DNA from: an uncultured Planctomycetota bacterium
GTDB lineage: Bacteria > Planctomycetota > Planctomycetia > Gemmatales > Gemmataceae
NCBI GenBank assembly: GCA_963849325.1
Contig: CAWKHF010000008.1
Span: 160,001 to 224,000, forward strand
DNA length: 64,000 bases
Reading direction: 5' to 3'
Notes under the pieces: generated by a model
The model's database searches: none
Told to the model about the DNA's origin: nothing
What the model saw: only the letters and a program-made list of their open reading frames with translations
Program-made: the position numbers and the translations under genes
Shown here: one piece after another, positions 35,872-45,168 of the stretch
Numbering within the stretch: position 1 is the first letter of the stretch
Layout: the number at the start of each line of letters is the position of its first letter

Positions 35872-37866
35872 ATGGGCGATACGGATAACTTGGCGGCGTT
35901 CATCAGCCGCCTCGAAGCGCTGAACCCCTTTCTCGACAACCGCATTAACGGTCCATCGGCGGACGACGTGGACGTGGACGCCATCCACCAGGCGGCGTTC
36001 GCGCGGCTGACGAGGCTGGCGCGCGAAGCGTGCGACAGCCGCCGCGGCGTCGGCGCCGTACTCTGGGGCGAGGCCGGCGTCGGTAAAAGTCATCTGCTGT
36101 CGCGCCTCGGCCGCTGGGCGAATTCGGATAACCGGGCCTGCTTCGTCTACCTGCACAACTTGCAGGCGGCGCCCGAGCACCTGCCGCGCTCGCTGCTGCA
36201 CGCCGTCCTCAGCATCCTGACCGGCGGGCGCAGCCGTCATTTCGTCGGTACGCGACTCTTCCAACTCGTACACGCCGGCCTGCTCGATGCGCTGGGCCAC
36301 CAGCTCGGCCAGTACAGCTGGCCGCGACTGGAGCGAGCGTACGGACGGATGATCGAGGGTATCGCCGGACGCGATCTGCCGGGCGCGGCGCTGATCGACC
36401 GCAACGTCTGGGACGTGCTGTTCCGCTTCTACCGCTCCGCCTACCGCGCCCCCCAGGGCAAGGAGGACGGCGCCGACGCGGCGCGGGCCGTGCGCTGGCT
36501 GGCCGGGCAGGCGCTCGATCCGGAGGAGGCCCGATCGCTGGGACTACCGCCGCCGCGACGGGCCGACGAGCCGGTCGCGCTGGTCGAGAATCAGCAGATC
36601 AAGCAGGTGCTCGTCGCCCTGACGCGCCTGGCGGCCGCCGCGCGGCAGCCGTTCCTGCTCGTCTTCGATCAGGTCGATAACCTCGACACCGAGCAGGCGT
36701 CGGCGCTGGCCCGCTTCCTCGAAGCCCTGATCGACAGCTCGCCCAACCTGTTCGTCGTCACCACCGGCGTCAAGGACACGCTGTTCGACTGGGTCCAGAC
36801 CGGCGTCATCCACAAATCCACCTGGGACCGGCTGGCACAGGAAGAAATCACGCTCCAGCGCGTGACGCCGGCCGAGGCGGTGCGCATCGTCGAGGGCCGG
36901 CTCGAGCGCTTCCTGGGACCGTTCGCCGACATCGAGTTGGTGCGGCAGCGACGGCAGGAAGACGCACTGTTTCCGCTGGGCCAGGCGTGGCGCGAGCGCT
37001 TCTTTCAGGACCGCATCGAAATCCGGCCGCGCGACGCGATCAACTGGGCGCGCGAAGGCTGGCGGCGGCAGCAGGAGACGCTGGCCCGACACGACCCGCT
37101 CGACTGGCTGACGCGCTGGCCCAGGGACGGCGCCGACGGGGCCGGGCCGCCCGACGAGCCGACCACCGAGGAGGTCCGCGAAGCGATCGATCGCAAAATC
37201 GCCGAGAAACTGGCGACGAGCCGCGAGCAGTTGGAGCGCGAGCCGCACACGCTGCCGGCCGACGCCGACCATCTGGCGGGACTGGTCTACGCTCTGCTGG
37301 TGCCGTGCCGCGATGGCGGGCATCACTACGGCGTGTGGGAGGTGGACCGTCTTCCGCCGCCGCGACAGGGTGCCCGGCCGACCTACGATCTGTCCGTCCG
37401 CCAGCGCGGCGAAGCGGACGCGGCGGACACGCGCACCGGCGTGGTGTTCGTCATGGCCCCCAGCGCCACTTCGGTGGCGGGTTTCCTGCGCCGCTTGCTG
37501 GAGGATTCGCGACCACTGGACCGCGTCGTGCTGGTGACGGATCGGCGCGTCGGCCTGTCGCTGGGTGAGCGCGGACGCGAGTATCTCGACGACCTGCGAC
37601 AACAAGGACCGCAGCGCTTCGTGACGCTGGAGCTGACCTTCGCCGAGTACGCCGAGCTGGAGGCGATGCAGCGCGTCGTCGGCCTGGCGAAGTCGCGCGA
37701 CCTGGAAGTCGAGCCGCGGCCGGGGCGAGCGCGCACCGTCACGGAGCAGGAAGTGATCGACTCGTATCATCGTCACGGGCGCTACCAGTCATCGCGCTTG
37801 CTGCGCACGCTGCTGGAGGGAGCGGCGACCGCAGCGACAGAAGAGTCGGAAGCGGTGATTTTTTGA
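35872..37866 (+). CDS. P-loop (AAA-like) ATPase with uncharacterised C-terminal region
   Basis: Walker A GEAGVGKS, Walker B LLVFDQVD, STWDRL, RPRDAI. Confidence 0.8.
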   Translation: MGDTDNLAAFISRLEALNPFLDNRINGPSADDVDVDAIHQAAFARLTRLAREACDSRRGVGAVLWGEAGVGKSHLLSRLGRWANSDNRACFVYLHNLQAAPEHLPRSLLHAVLSILTGGRSRHFVGTRLFQLVHAGLLDALGHQLGQYSWPRLERAYGRMIEGIAGRDLPGAALIDRNVWDVLFRFYRSAYRAPQGKEDGADAARAVRWLAGQALDPEEARSLGLPPPRRADEPVALVENQQIKQVLVALTRLAAAARQPFLLVFDQVDNLDTEQASALARFLEALIDSSPNLFVVTTGVKDTLFDWVQTGVIHKSTWDRLAQEEITLQRVTPAEAVRIVEGRLERFLGPFADIELVRQRRQEDALFPLGQAWRERFFQDRIEIRPRDAINWAREGWRRQQETLARHDPLDWLTRWPRDGADGAGPPDEPTTEEVREAIDRKIAEKLATSREQLEREPHTLPADADHLAGLVYALLVPCRDGGHHYGVWEVDRLPPPRQGARPTYDLSVRQRGEADAADTRTGVVFVMAPSATSVAGFLRRLLEDSRPLDRVVLVTDRRVGLSLGERGREYLDDLRQQGPQRFVTLELTFAEYAELEAMQRVVGLAKSRDLEVEPRPGRARTVTEQEVIDSYHRHGRYQSSRLLRTLLEGAATAATEESEAVIF

Positions 37867-37896
37867 TCTCCGACGTACAGGGCGATTGCTTCTTCA

Positions 37897-37931
37897 CCCT
37901 ATTCCCTATTCCCTATTCCCTATTCCCTATT
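37897..37931. repeat. (CCCTATT)x5 heptamer array between convergent genes
   Basis: Directly visible. Confidence 0.85.
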
Positions 37932-38577
37932 CGGATGGCTTGTCGGTGGACTCGCGGGCGGCGAGAGCGTCGGCGGCGCCGGGGCCGCGCAGCAGCCACA
38001 GCAGCACCACGAAGTCATACAGCGCATGCACGATGATGACGACGAGCAGATTGTGGTCGGCGTAGAGGAAGATGCCGCCGAGATAGGCGCCCATGAGGCC
38101 CGCCAGCATGGCATAGGTGGGCGTGATGGAGTGCAGGACGCCGAACAGCAGGCTGGCCACGACCACACCGACCCAGACGTTGAACCAGCCGGTGAACGCC
38201 TCCTGCAAGACGCCGCGGAAAAGCATCTCCTCGCCCAGTCCGGCCAGCACGGCAATGCCGAGCAGGTCGAGCAGCGTACAGGGAGCGAGCAAGGGCCGGA
38301 TGACCTGCTCGCTGAAATGCTGGATGCGCCGCAGCGGCCCGATCGGCCAGCGCAGAAACAGAAAGAACAGGACCACGAGCGGGACGGTGGCGGCGACGCC
38401 CCATAGGGCCGCTGCCGGAGTCCAGGCGAAGTAGCGCAGCGGCGGTTGGTCGATGATCCAGCCCAGCAGCGAGGCGGCGGCGAGCAGGCCGCCCTCGATG
38501 AGGACGGCCAGCAGGACGACCGTGTGTCGCTGGGCCGCCGCGTCCGATTCCGGCGATTGAGGCGGTTCATCGGCCAT
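37927..38577 (-). CDS. CPBP (CAAX/Abi-type) intramembrane glutamic metalloprotease
   Basis: GLGEEMLFRG, FGVLH, HALYD. Confidence 0.88.
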   Translation of the reverse strand: MADEPPQSPESDAAAQRHTVVLLAVLIEGGLLAAASLLGWIIDQPPLRYFAWTPAAALWGVAATVPLVVLFFLFLRWPIGPLRRIQHFSEQVIRPLLAPCTLLDLLGIAVLAGLGEEMLFRGVLQEAFTGWFNVWVGVVVASLLFGVLHSITPTYAMLAGLMGAYLGGIFLYADHNLLVVIIVHALYDFVVLLWLLRGPGAADALAARESTDKPSE

Positions 38578-38707
38578 GCGGACGCGGCTCCGGGACCATA
38601 CGTGCGAAGGGGGGACCTCCCCTCGATTTTATGCCGGCTCGGGCGAAACGACAGGGCGCTCTCTCTTGGCGGCAGTCGGTGCTTGACTCGCGGCGGAGAA
38701 AGAGGAG

Positions 38708-38911
38708 TTGCTCGACGCTGCCGCCGACAACGATCAGCAAACCGAGGCGCACGCCTACGTTGGCGTCGTGCTGTGGTTGTCCGACGCCGCCGAGAAGGCG
38801 AAGGAACATCTTGTGTGGGTGCGTGACAACGGCAACCGCGACTTCATCGAGTACGATCTGGCCGTGCTGCTGCTCCGCCGTCCGGATGCGGCGCCGGCGC
38901 CAAAACCGTGA
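38708..38911 (+). pseudogene. Fragment of a TPR-like protein C-terminus
   Basis: EAHAYVG..AKEHLVWVRDNG..FIEYDLA with no upstream open frame. Confidence 0.4.
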
Positions 38912-39093
38912 GCGCGGAACGTAAAGTCTGTGCCGCTTTCCGCTCTGCTTGTGCGGATGCCGTAGCCGTTGTCTTCAGGATTACCGCCGTCGCTGCGGCA
39001 GCGAAACCAACAGCTGTCACGATCAAAAATGTCACCGCGCGGTCCTCATCTCTGCACTCTCCCTTTCGCCGAACAACAAGCCCAGCAGCCGAC

Positions 39094-39306
39094 TCACACG
39101 GGAAAAGACGCTGCGCCACGAGGAAGCGTTCGTCGCGTGGTCGGTCTGTGGCCACGAGGGCGTTGCACGCTCCAGGTCGCGTTGAGTCGATATTGAAGGA
39201 GAGAAAGTGAAGCATCCTCCAAGGCGTAGTCCCGGAGAGCGTGGCGTACGACAGCGGTGAGGCGTCGCAGTTGGGCAATTCTCGTGAGGTCATGGAAAGG
39301 TTTCAT
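39094..39306 (-). pseudogene. N-terminal fragment of a phosphotransferase-like cassette gene
   Basis: MKPFHDLT..QLRRL..ALRDYAL..LSLLQYRLNATW resembles the start of APH/homoserine kinase II-like proteins; follows an attC site. Confidence 0.45.
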
Positions 39307-39333
39307 GCAATACCGCATGCCCGGCTATACGCT

Positions 39334-39429
39334 GCCGAACGACTCAGCTCTCGTGCGGGGGCCGCTGGAGAGCCGTTGACCCTGCAAGACCGTACCGCGG
39401 CCCCCATCACGAGAAGCGTCTTGTTCGAG
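39334..39429 (-). other. attC-like integron recombination site
   Basis: Minus strand CTCGAAC..ctcgtgatgggggccgc..gcggcccccgcacgag..GTTCGGC imperfect palindrome. Confidence 0.75.
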
Positions 39430-39529
39430 CTTCCGCTTTCCAGGAAACGAGGCGCACCGGTCTAAGGCAGCCGCTCATCCGGATTGTGACCGCTTGGGCC
39501 ACAGGGCGAGAGGTCGCTTTGCCCCGTCC

Positions 39530-39802
39530 CTACTTCGGTTTGCCCCGTCCAACCAATGCCTCGGCTTTCTTCACATCCCCAACTAACTCAAGGTGCCCAC
39601 AGTCAAGACAAAGGAACGCCTGGGTGTCAACTGGTTGCCATTTCCAGAACGTGGTGTTCGCGGGGTAAAAGGACAGCCAGTTGAGGGCGCGAAGGCCACC
39701 CGGTTCCATTCTCTCTCCGCTACAGCGCAGGCAACGCCTTGATCCCGGAGGTGGTTCTTCTGGGTCTTTCGGCACTTGCGAGGTGATGGCACTCGAACTC
39801 AT
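39530..39802 (-). CDS. Small zinc-ribbon cassette protein
   Basis: CLRC..CLDCGHLEL; GGAGG RBS. Confidence 0.7.
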   Translation of the reverse strand: MSSSAITSQVPKDPEEPPPGSRRCLRCSGERMEPGGLRALNWLSFYPANTTFWKWQPVDTQAFLCLDCGHLELVGDVKKAEALVGRGKPK

Positions 39803-39919
39803 CGCTGCCTCCGTTTCGCGAGGACCAGCAGAGCTTGCTGTTGCCCCTGCCTGAGCCATTTAACAACCGGAACGCAGGAGTGATTCCGCCTGCAGCCAGC
39901 CCGTCGGTCTGCATCTCCT

Positions 39920-40020
39920 CTCGAACAACCCGGCGCAGCAGCCGGCTCACGCGGAAGAAGGCGTGGTGCCGCGCTGAACCCTTCTTCGCGTGGCCGTTCT
40001 GCTGCAGCGACTTGTTCGGC
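39920..40020 (-). other. attC-like integron recombination site
   Basis: Minus strand GCCGAAC aagtcgctgcagcagaacggc..gccggctgctgcgccgggtt GTTCGAG, starting 8 nt after the stop of the upstream ORF. Confidence 0.75.
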
Positions 40021-40028
40021 GGTATATG

Positions 40029-40352
40029 CTACTCAAACTCGTATTCTTCACCTGGCGCATAACGATAATGCCAAACAATTAACTTCGGATCGACCAAGTC
40101 AAGTAGACTCTCCCCCTCCTTCGGCTCCCGTTCCAAGTTCTCGCCGACGACTAACTGAGTGCCTTCCTCAATCTTTGGTTGATCGAAGAGATAGTGGTGA
40201 TGATCTCGCCGGGCAGAGTGCATCTGCGAAACCAATGGTTTTTCAGTTTTCTCGAATCGGACGTCCAAATGGCGAAAGCCAATGGCATGAGGGCATATGG
40301 GAGAGTCGAACTCAACACCGTCCCAGGGGCCGCCATTGAATCGGATTCGCAT
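40029..40352 (-). CDS. Hypothetical cassette protein (lower GC)
   Basis: ORF MRIRFNGGPWDG with GGAGG RBS, between the attI-like and attC sites. Confidence 0.65.
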   Translation of the reverse strand: MRIRFNGGPWDGVEFDSPICPHAIGFRHLDVRFEKTEKPLVSQMHSARRDHHHYLFDQPKIEEGTQLVVGENLEREPKEGESLLDLVDPKLIVWHYRYAPGEEYEFE

Positions 40353-40389
40353 TACGCCCCTCCCTTCCGATAGTCATGATCGATCAGGA

Positions 40390-40494
40390 GCCGAACAACT
40401 GATTAGAGCGCACGGCGCGCTCTAATGCGGAAGGTCCAGAACCGTTCCAGACGGCGCAACTTCCGAAGATACCGAACACTGCGCCGATTGTCCA
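40390..40494 (-). promoter_or_regulatory. attI-like site and Pc-like promoter
   Basis: TGGACA(40494-40489)-N17-TATCTT(40471-40466); ..TCTAATCAGTT GTTCGGC core at 40396-40390. Confidence 0.55.
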
Positions 40495-40577
40495 GCAAAA
40501 CCCGCTGGGGTTAGAGCGCACCCCAGGGGGAACCTTGTACGGCTCCGAGGGGCGGCAAGGATTTGGACCGCTCGCTC

Positions 40578-43133
40578 TTACAATCCCAGACGCGCATGCA
40601 CGAGCGCCAGCGCCTCCTCGATCGATTCGATGCCGAGGACGAGCAGATCGCCGGAGCGGAGATCGGCCAGCGCCGCCTCGATGGCGGGCAGTTCGCCGCG
40701 CATCTCGGTGGTCTCGGTAACGCGGCTACCGGCGGCGATGCCGCGGCGCAGCAGGGCCGTCAACTCGCCGTCGGCGCGGTCGCTGTTGCCCTGGTCCCGA
40801 TAGAGGAGGACGCGATCGAAGCCGTCGCCGATGATGCGGCCCATCGCCAGCACATCGGCATCGCGGCGATTGCTGGGGGTGAAGACCAGGCAGCGGCGGC
40901 GGTGCGGGAAGGCGGTCAGCGACTCGACCAGGGCCGCCAGCGCCGAGGGGTTGTGAGCGTAATCGACGATGACCGTGGCGTCGCCGGCGCGGAAGACGTT
41001 GAAGCGGCCGGGCACCTGCCGGGCGTCGCCGGGGAACGAGACCAGGCCGCGACGCACGGCGTCGAGCGGCAGCGCCAGCGACCAGACGGCGGCGACGGCG
41101 GCCAGAACGTTCTCGACCTGGAAGGCGACGCGTCCGCCGTGCGTCAGCGGCACGCGCTCCAGCGCCGCCAGCACTTCCTCGCGCTCTCCCTCGGCCAGCA
41201 CGATCTCATTGCCGCGGACGAAGACGGCGCGTTCGCCGCGAGCGCGGTGGGCAGTCAGGACCGGATGTGCCGGATCGCGGGCGAAGAAGATCACGCGGCC
41301 GGGACAATGCGCGGCCATGGCGGCGACGAGCGGCTCGGCGGCGTTGAGCACGGCGGCGCCGTCTGGAGCGACGGCCTCAACCACCGTGCGCTTGACTCGC
41401 GCCAGGTCCTCCAGCGTATCGATGCCGCGCAGGTCCAGGTGATCGCCCTGGCCGATGTTGGTGACGACGGCGACGTGACAGCGATCGAAGCCGAGTCCTT
41501 CGCGGAGGATGCCGCCGCGCGCCGTCTCCACCACGGCGGCGTCCACGCGCGGATTGAGCAGCAGATTGCGGGCGCTGCGGGCCGCTGCAATCGCGCGCGT
41601 CGATACGGCGGTCGCCGACGTACAGGCCATCGGTGCAGGACATGCCGACGAGTCGATCCGGGCGGCGCAGGCAGGTGCGCGATCAGGCGCGTGGTTGTCG
41701 TCTTGCCGTTGACGCCGGTGACGGCGACGAGCGGGATGCGGCCGGTCTGCCCGTCGGGGAAGAGCAGACCGACGATGGCCTCGCCGACCGGCCGCGGCTT
41801 TCCGGCGGACGGCTCCAGGTGCATCCGCAAGCCCGGCCCGGCGTTGACCTCGACGACGGCGCCGCGCTGCTCCTCCAGCGGCCGGCCGATGTCCACGGCG
41901 ACGACATCGACGCCGGCGATGTCCAGGCCGACGGCGCGGGCCGCCTCGACGGCGCGCGCGGCCGTTTCCGGATGAATCCGATCGGTTACGTCGGTTGCGG
42001 TGCCGCCGGTGCTGAGGTTGCCGTTGCGGCGGATGAGCACGCACTGCCCGGCTGGCGGCACCGAATCCGGCGTGTAACCCTGCTCGGCCAGCACCGCCAG
42101 GCCGACCGCGTCGAGCTTGATGAAGCTCAGCACCGTGGCGTGGCCGTCGCTGCGGCGCGGATCGCGGTTGACCTCGGCGACGAGCTGCGTGATGCGTCGA
42201 ACGGCCGTCGCCGACGACGTGGGCCGGCTCGCGCAGGGCGGCGGCGATGAGACGGTCGCCGATGACCAGCAGACGATAATCGGCGCCGGGAATGAACGTC
42301 TCGACGAGGATGCTGGAGCCTTCCTCGCGGGCGGCGTCGTAGGCGCGGACGACCTGCTCGCGCGTGCCCAGGTTGGTGGCGACGCCGCGGCCGTGATTGC
42401 CGTACTGCGGCTTGACGACGACCGGCAGGCCGAGTTCCTCGGCGGCGCTCCAGGCGTCGTCGGCGTCGGCGACGGGCCGGCCCTCCGGCACCGGCACGCC
42501 GACCGCGCGCAGCAGAGTGCGCGTCAACTGCTTGTCCTGGGCGATCATCTCGGCGATGGCACTGGTGCGATCGGTTTCGGCGGTGCAGATGCGGCGCTGC
42601 AACGAGCCGTGGCCGAGCTGGACGAGACTGCCGCTGTTGAGGCGGCGCACCGGGATGCCGCGATCAAGAGCGGCGCGGACGATGGCCGCGGTGCTCGGGC
42701 CGAGGCGCACGTCGTTGGCCAGCTCGCGCAGCCGAACCAGTTCGGCGGCGAGGTCGAAGGGATGATCGGCCAGGGCGGCCAGGAGGAATTGCCGCGCCGT
42801 CTCCAGGCAGGCGCGGCCCAGCTCCTCCTCCTCATACTCGATGACGACGCGGAAGAAGCCGTCGCGGCCGGTGGGACGAACCAGACCAACCTGGACCGGA
42901 CTGCCGGCGAGGCGCTGCAATTCCAGGGTCACGTCGCGGAGAAGGGCGGGCAGGTCGGGTCCGATTGATCGGCCGGCCAGGGACGGCAATTCGGCGCGCA
43001 AGCGGGCGGCGCAGGCGGCGAGCCGCTCGTCGTGTACGGCGGCGAACTCGCCGGCTTCCAGTTCCACCTCCAGCACCGGGCAGCGCGCCGAGATGTTGGC
43101 GCCACGCAAGATCCAGATACGCTGAAATTGCAT
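40578..43133 (-). CDS. cphA: Cyanophycin synthetase (frameshifted)
   Basis: RLGPSTAAIV, VQLGHG, VVKPQYGNHGRG, EVNAGPGLRMH, VTGVNGKTTT, ETARGGILREGL, PGRFN, DYAHN. Confidence 0.92.
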   Translation of the reverse strand: MQFQRIWILRGANISARCPVLEVELEAGEFAAVHDERLAACAARLRAELPSLAGRSIGPDLPALLRDVTLELQRLAGSPVQVGLVRPTGRDGFFRVVIEYEEEELGRACLETARQFLLAALADHPFDLAAELVRLRELANDVRLGPSTAAIVRAALDRGIPVRRLNSGSLVQLGHGSLQRRICTAETDRTSAIAEMIAQDKQLTRTLLRAVGVPVPEGRPVADADDAWSAAEELGLPVVVKPQYGNHGRGVATNLGTREQVVRAYDAAREEGSSILVETFIPGADYRLLVIGDRLIAAALREPAHVVGDGRSTHHAARRRGQPRSAPQRRPRHGAELHQARRGRPGGAGRAGLHAGFGAASRAVRAHPPQRQPQHRRHRNRRNRSDSSGNGRARRRGGPRRRPGHRRRRCRRRGHRPAAGGAARRRRRGQRRAGLADAPGAVRRKAAAGRRGHRRSALPRRADRPHPARRRHRRQRQDDNHAPDRAPACAARIDSSACPAPMACTSATAVSTRAIAAARSARNLLLNPRVDAAVVETARGGILREGLGFDRCHVAVVTNIGQGDHLDLRGIDTLEDLARVKRTVVEAVAPDGAAVLNAAEPLVAAMAAHCPGRVIFFARDPAHPVLTAHRARGERAVFVRGNEIVLAEGEREEVLAALERVPLTHGGRVAFQVENVLAAVAAVWSLALPLDAVRRGLVSFPGDARQVPGRFNVFRAGDATVIVDYAHNPSALAALVESLTAFPHRRRCLVFTPSNRRDADVLAMGRIIGDGFDRVLLYRDQGNSDRADGELTALLRRGIAAGSRVTETTEMRGELPAIEAALADLRSGDLLVLGIESIEEALALVHARLGL

Positions 43134-43343
43134 GTCGATCAAATCCTTCCGAGCCTGAAGCGTAAGCGAAGAGCACTCTTCGCTTACGCTTCAGGCTCGG
43201 ACGAAAACGTCCTGGCCCCGCCTCACCGAGCTATGTTAAACAGCGGCCCGGAAGACGGAAAGAGGCGAGCCGCGAGCGTCAGCGAGCGGGTCAACCCGCC
43301 CGTGACGCTCGCGGCTCGGAGGTACTTCCCGGTCAGCGGAACA

Positions 43344-45094
43344 TCAACGGAAGTTGACGCCGATGCGCTCCATCGTGGCGGACGGCTTGATCGTCACGGA
43401 GCCGTTGGACAGGTTCAGCTCGATGCGATCGGCGGTCACGTCGGCGCACTGGCCGTCCTTGCAATAGTGCAGCACGGCATTGCCTTCGAGGATGAGGCGG
43501 TCCTTGCGGTCGGTGCGGACGCAATCGGCCTTGGCCTTCAGCTGCGACATGCGGACGCATACCCGGTCGTCGCTGCGGGTCAGTGACAACTCGTTGTCAC
43601 CCAATTTGACGATCATCTTCTTGCAGCTCATGCAGGCGTCGTCGCCGACGCTCATTTCAAGCTGCTGGCTGTCGGCGTTGACCACGACACGGACCTTCGT
43701 GTCGGCCGACGACTTCGCCGCGGTCGTGCTGGTACACGTCAGCACCGGCGTGATTCCATACGTCGGCGTCTCCGTCGGCGGCGGCAGGACCGCGACTTCC
43801 CGCGCCGCAGGGGCGGGCGTCCCCGGATAGCACGGAGCATACTGTGGCGGATGCTGGACATACATATTGTCCGCGGGCGTCGGCTCCGATGGGCCGGGAT
43901 CGCCGCACAGGTCGGCCAGCAGGCCCAGGGCCGACACGCACATCGACGGCAGGGTGGGCGGCTGCACGTGCGAGCTGCAAATGTCCGCGACCATACCCAG
44001 CAGCGACAGGCAGGTATCGATATTCAGGTCCGCATTCGATGCGGCGGGCGCCGGGCACGGCGCAGGGGCAGCACGACCCCGGAGGCAGGGTCATCGGACC
44101 ACCGTAGCACGTCGGCGGCGGCACCGGCAGGGCGACGGTCTGCGGCGGCATCGGCGGCGTCACGCCGGGCGGCACCGGCGGAGGCGGCAACGGGTGCGGC
44201 ATCATGCCGTACTCGGGACTCCAGCCGGCGCAAGGCGGCAGCATCGCCGGATTGAAGTGGTATCCGCACGGCAACGGCATCGCCATCGGCCCCATCAGAT
44301 GCGGCACGACCACGATGACCGGCGTGGCAAACGTGGGCTTCTTCCCCTGCTTGCCCTTGTCTCCGCAGCAGCAACCGCAGTCGGCGCCGCACGCTCCCTT
44401 GCAGCACTTTTCCTTGTTTTCCTTGTTGGTCTCGGACTCGCCCTTGCGACGCTCGAATTGGGCCATGGTGATGGCGGCGACGGCCATCGCGTTATCGGGG
44501 TCCAACTCCTTGATACACCGGGCGACGGCTTCGGCCTCGGCGTACTTGCTGCCTTTGAACAGCTCGTTGTACAGTTTCATCAGCTTCGCCACGCTCTTGT
44601 TCTTGCAGCAATCACCGCATTTACAATCCTCCTTGCATTTACAATCATCCTTGCATTTGCAGGCAGTCTTGGTGTTGCAGCACTTCTTGTCCTTGCAGCA
44701 GTCCCGCCGCCGCATCCGTTATCGCAGCAGGCATCCTTCAACTTGCAGCTGGAGCCACAGCAGGTTCCGGTCAACTTGCAACCGGCCACCGGAAAGCCAA
44801 AGTCATAGGTCACGCTCTTCGCAGCGTCATAGTTACGGTCGGTCATGCCAGAGGCGCGGGTCTTGTCGTCCTTGGCGCTGCAGCATTTTTCCTTGCGCAG
44901 CAGCCCGAGCAGGACTCGCCGCCCACGCAGGTGACGGTTGCTTTGTCTTCGCCAACGTAAAAAACGTCGTTGCGATTCACATTCAGGATGTTGCCGCTCG
45001 TTTGCTCCGGGGCCGCACATTGGGAGCGGGCGGTGCCGCTCATCAGGGCCATAGTCGCCGCGAGGATCGCGGTCTGCCAACATTTCACCAACAT
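43344..45094 (-). CDS. Secreted Cys-rich/Pro-rich hypothetical protein (frameshifted)
   Basis: Signal peptide MLVKCWQTAILAATMALMSGTARS; CCKDKKCC..CKCKDDCKCKEDCKC tracts; TPR-like helix; C-terminal beta domain. Confidence 0.55.
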
Positions 45095-45168
45095 AGGTCG
45101 AGCCTCCTTGCCGAGGGGATAAGTACACCTCGTTCGGGGCGGGACCATAGCAAAGGCGGTCGGTGCTG

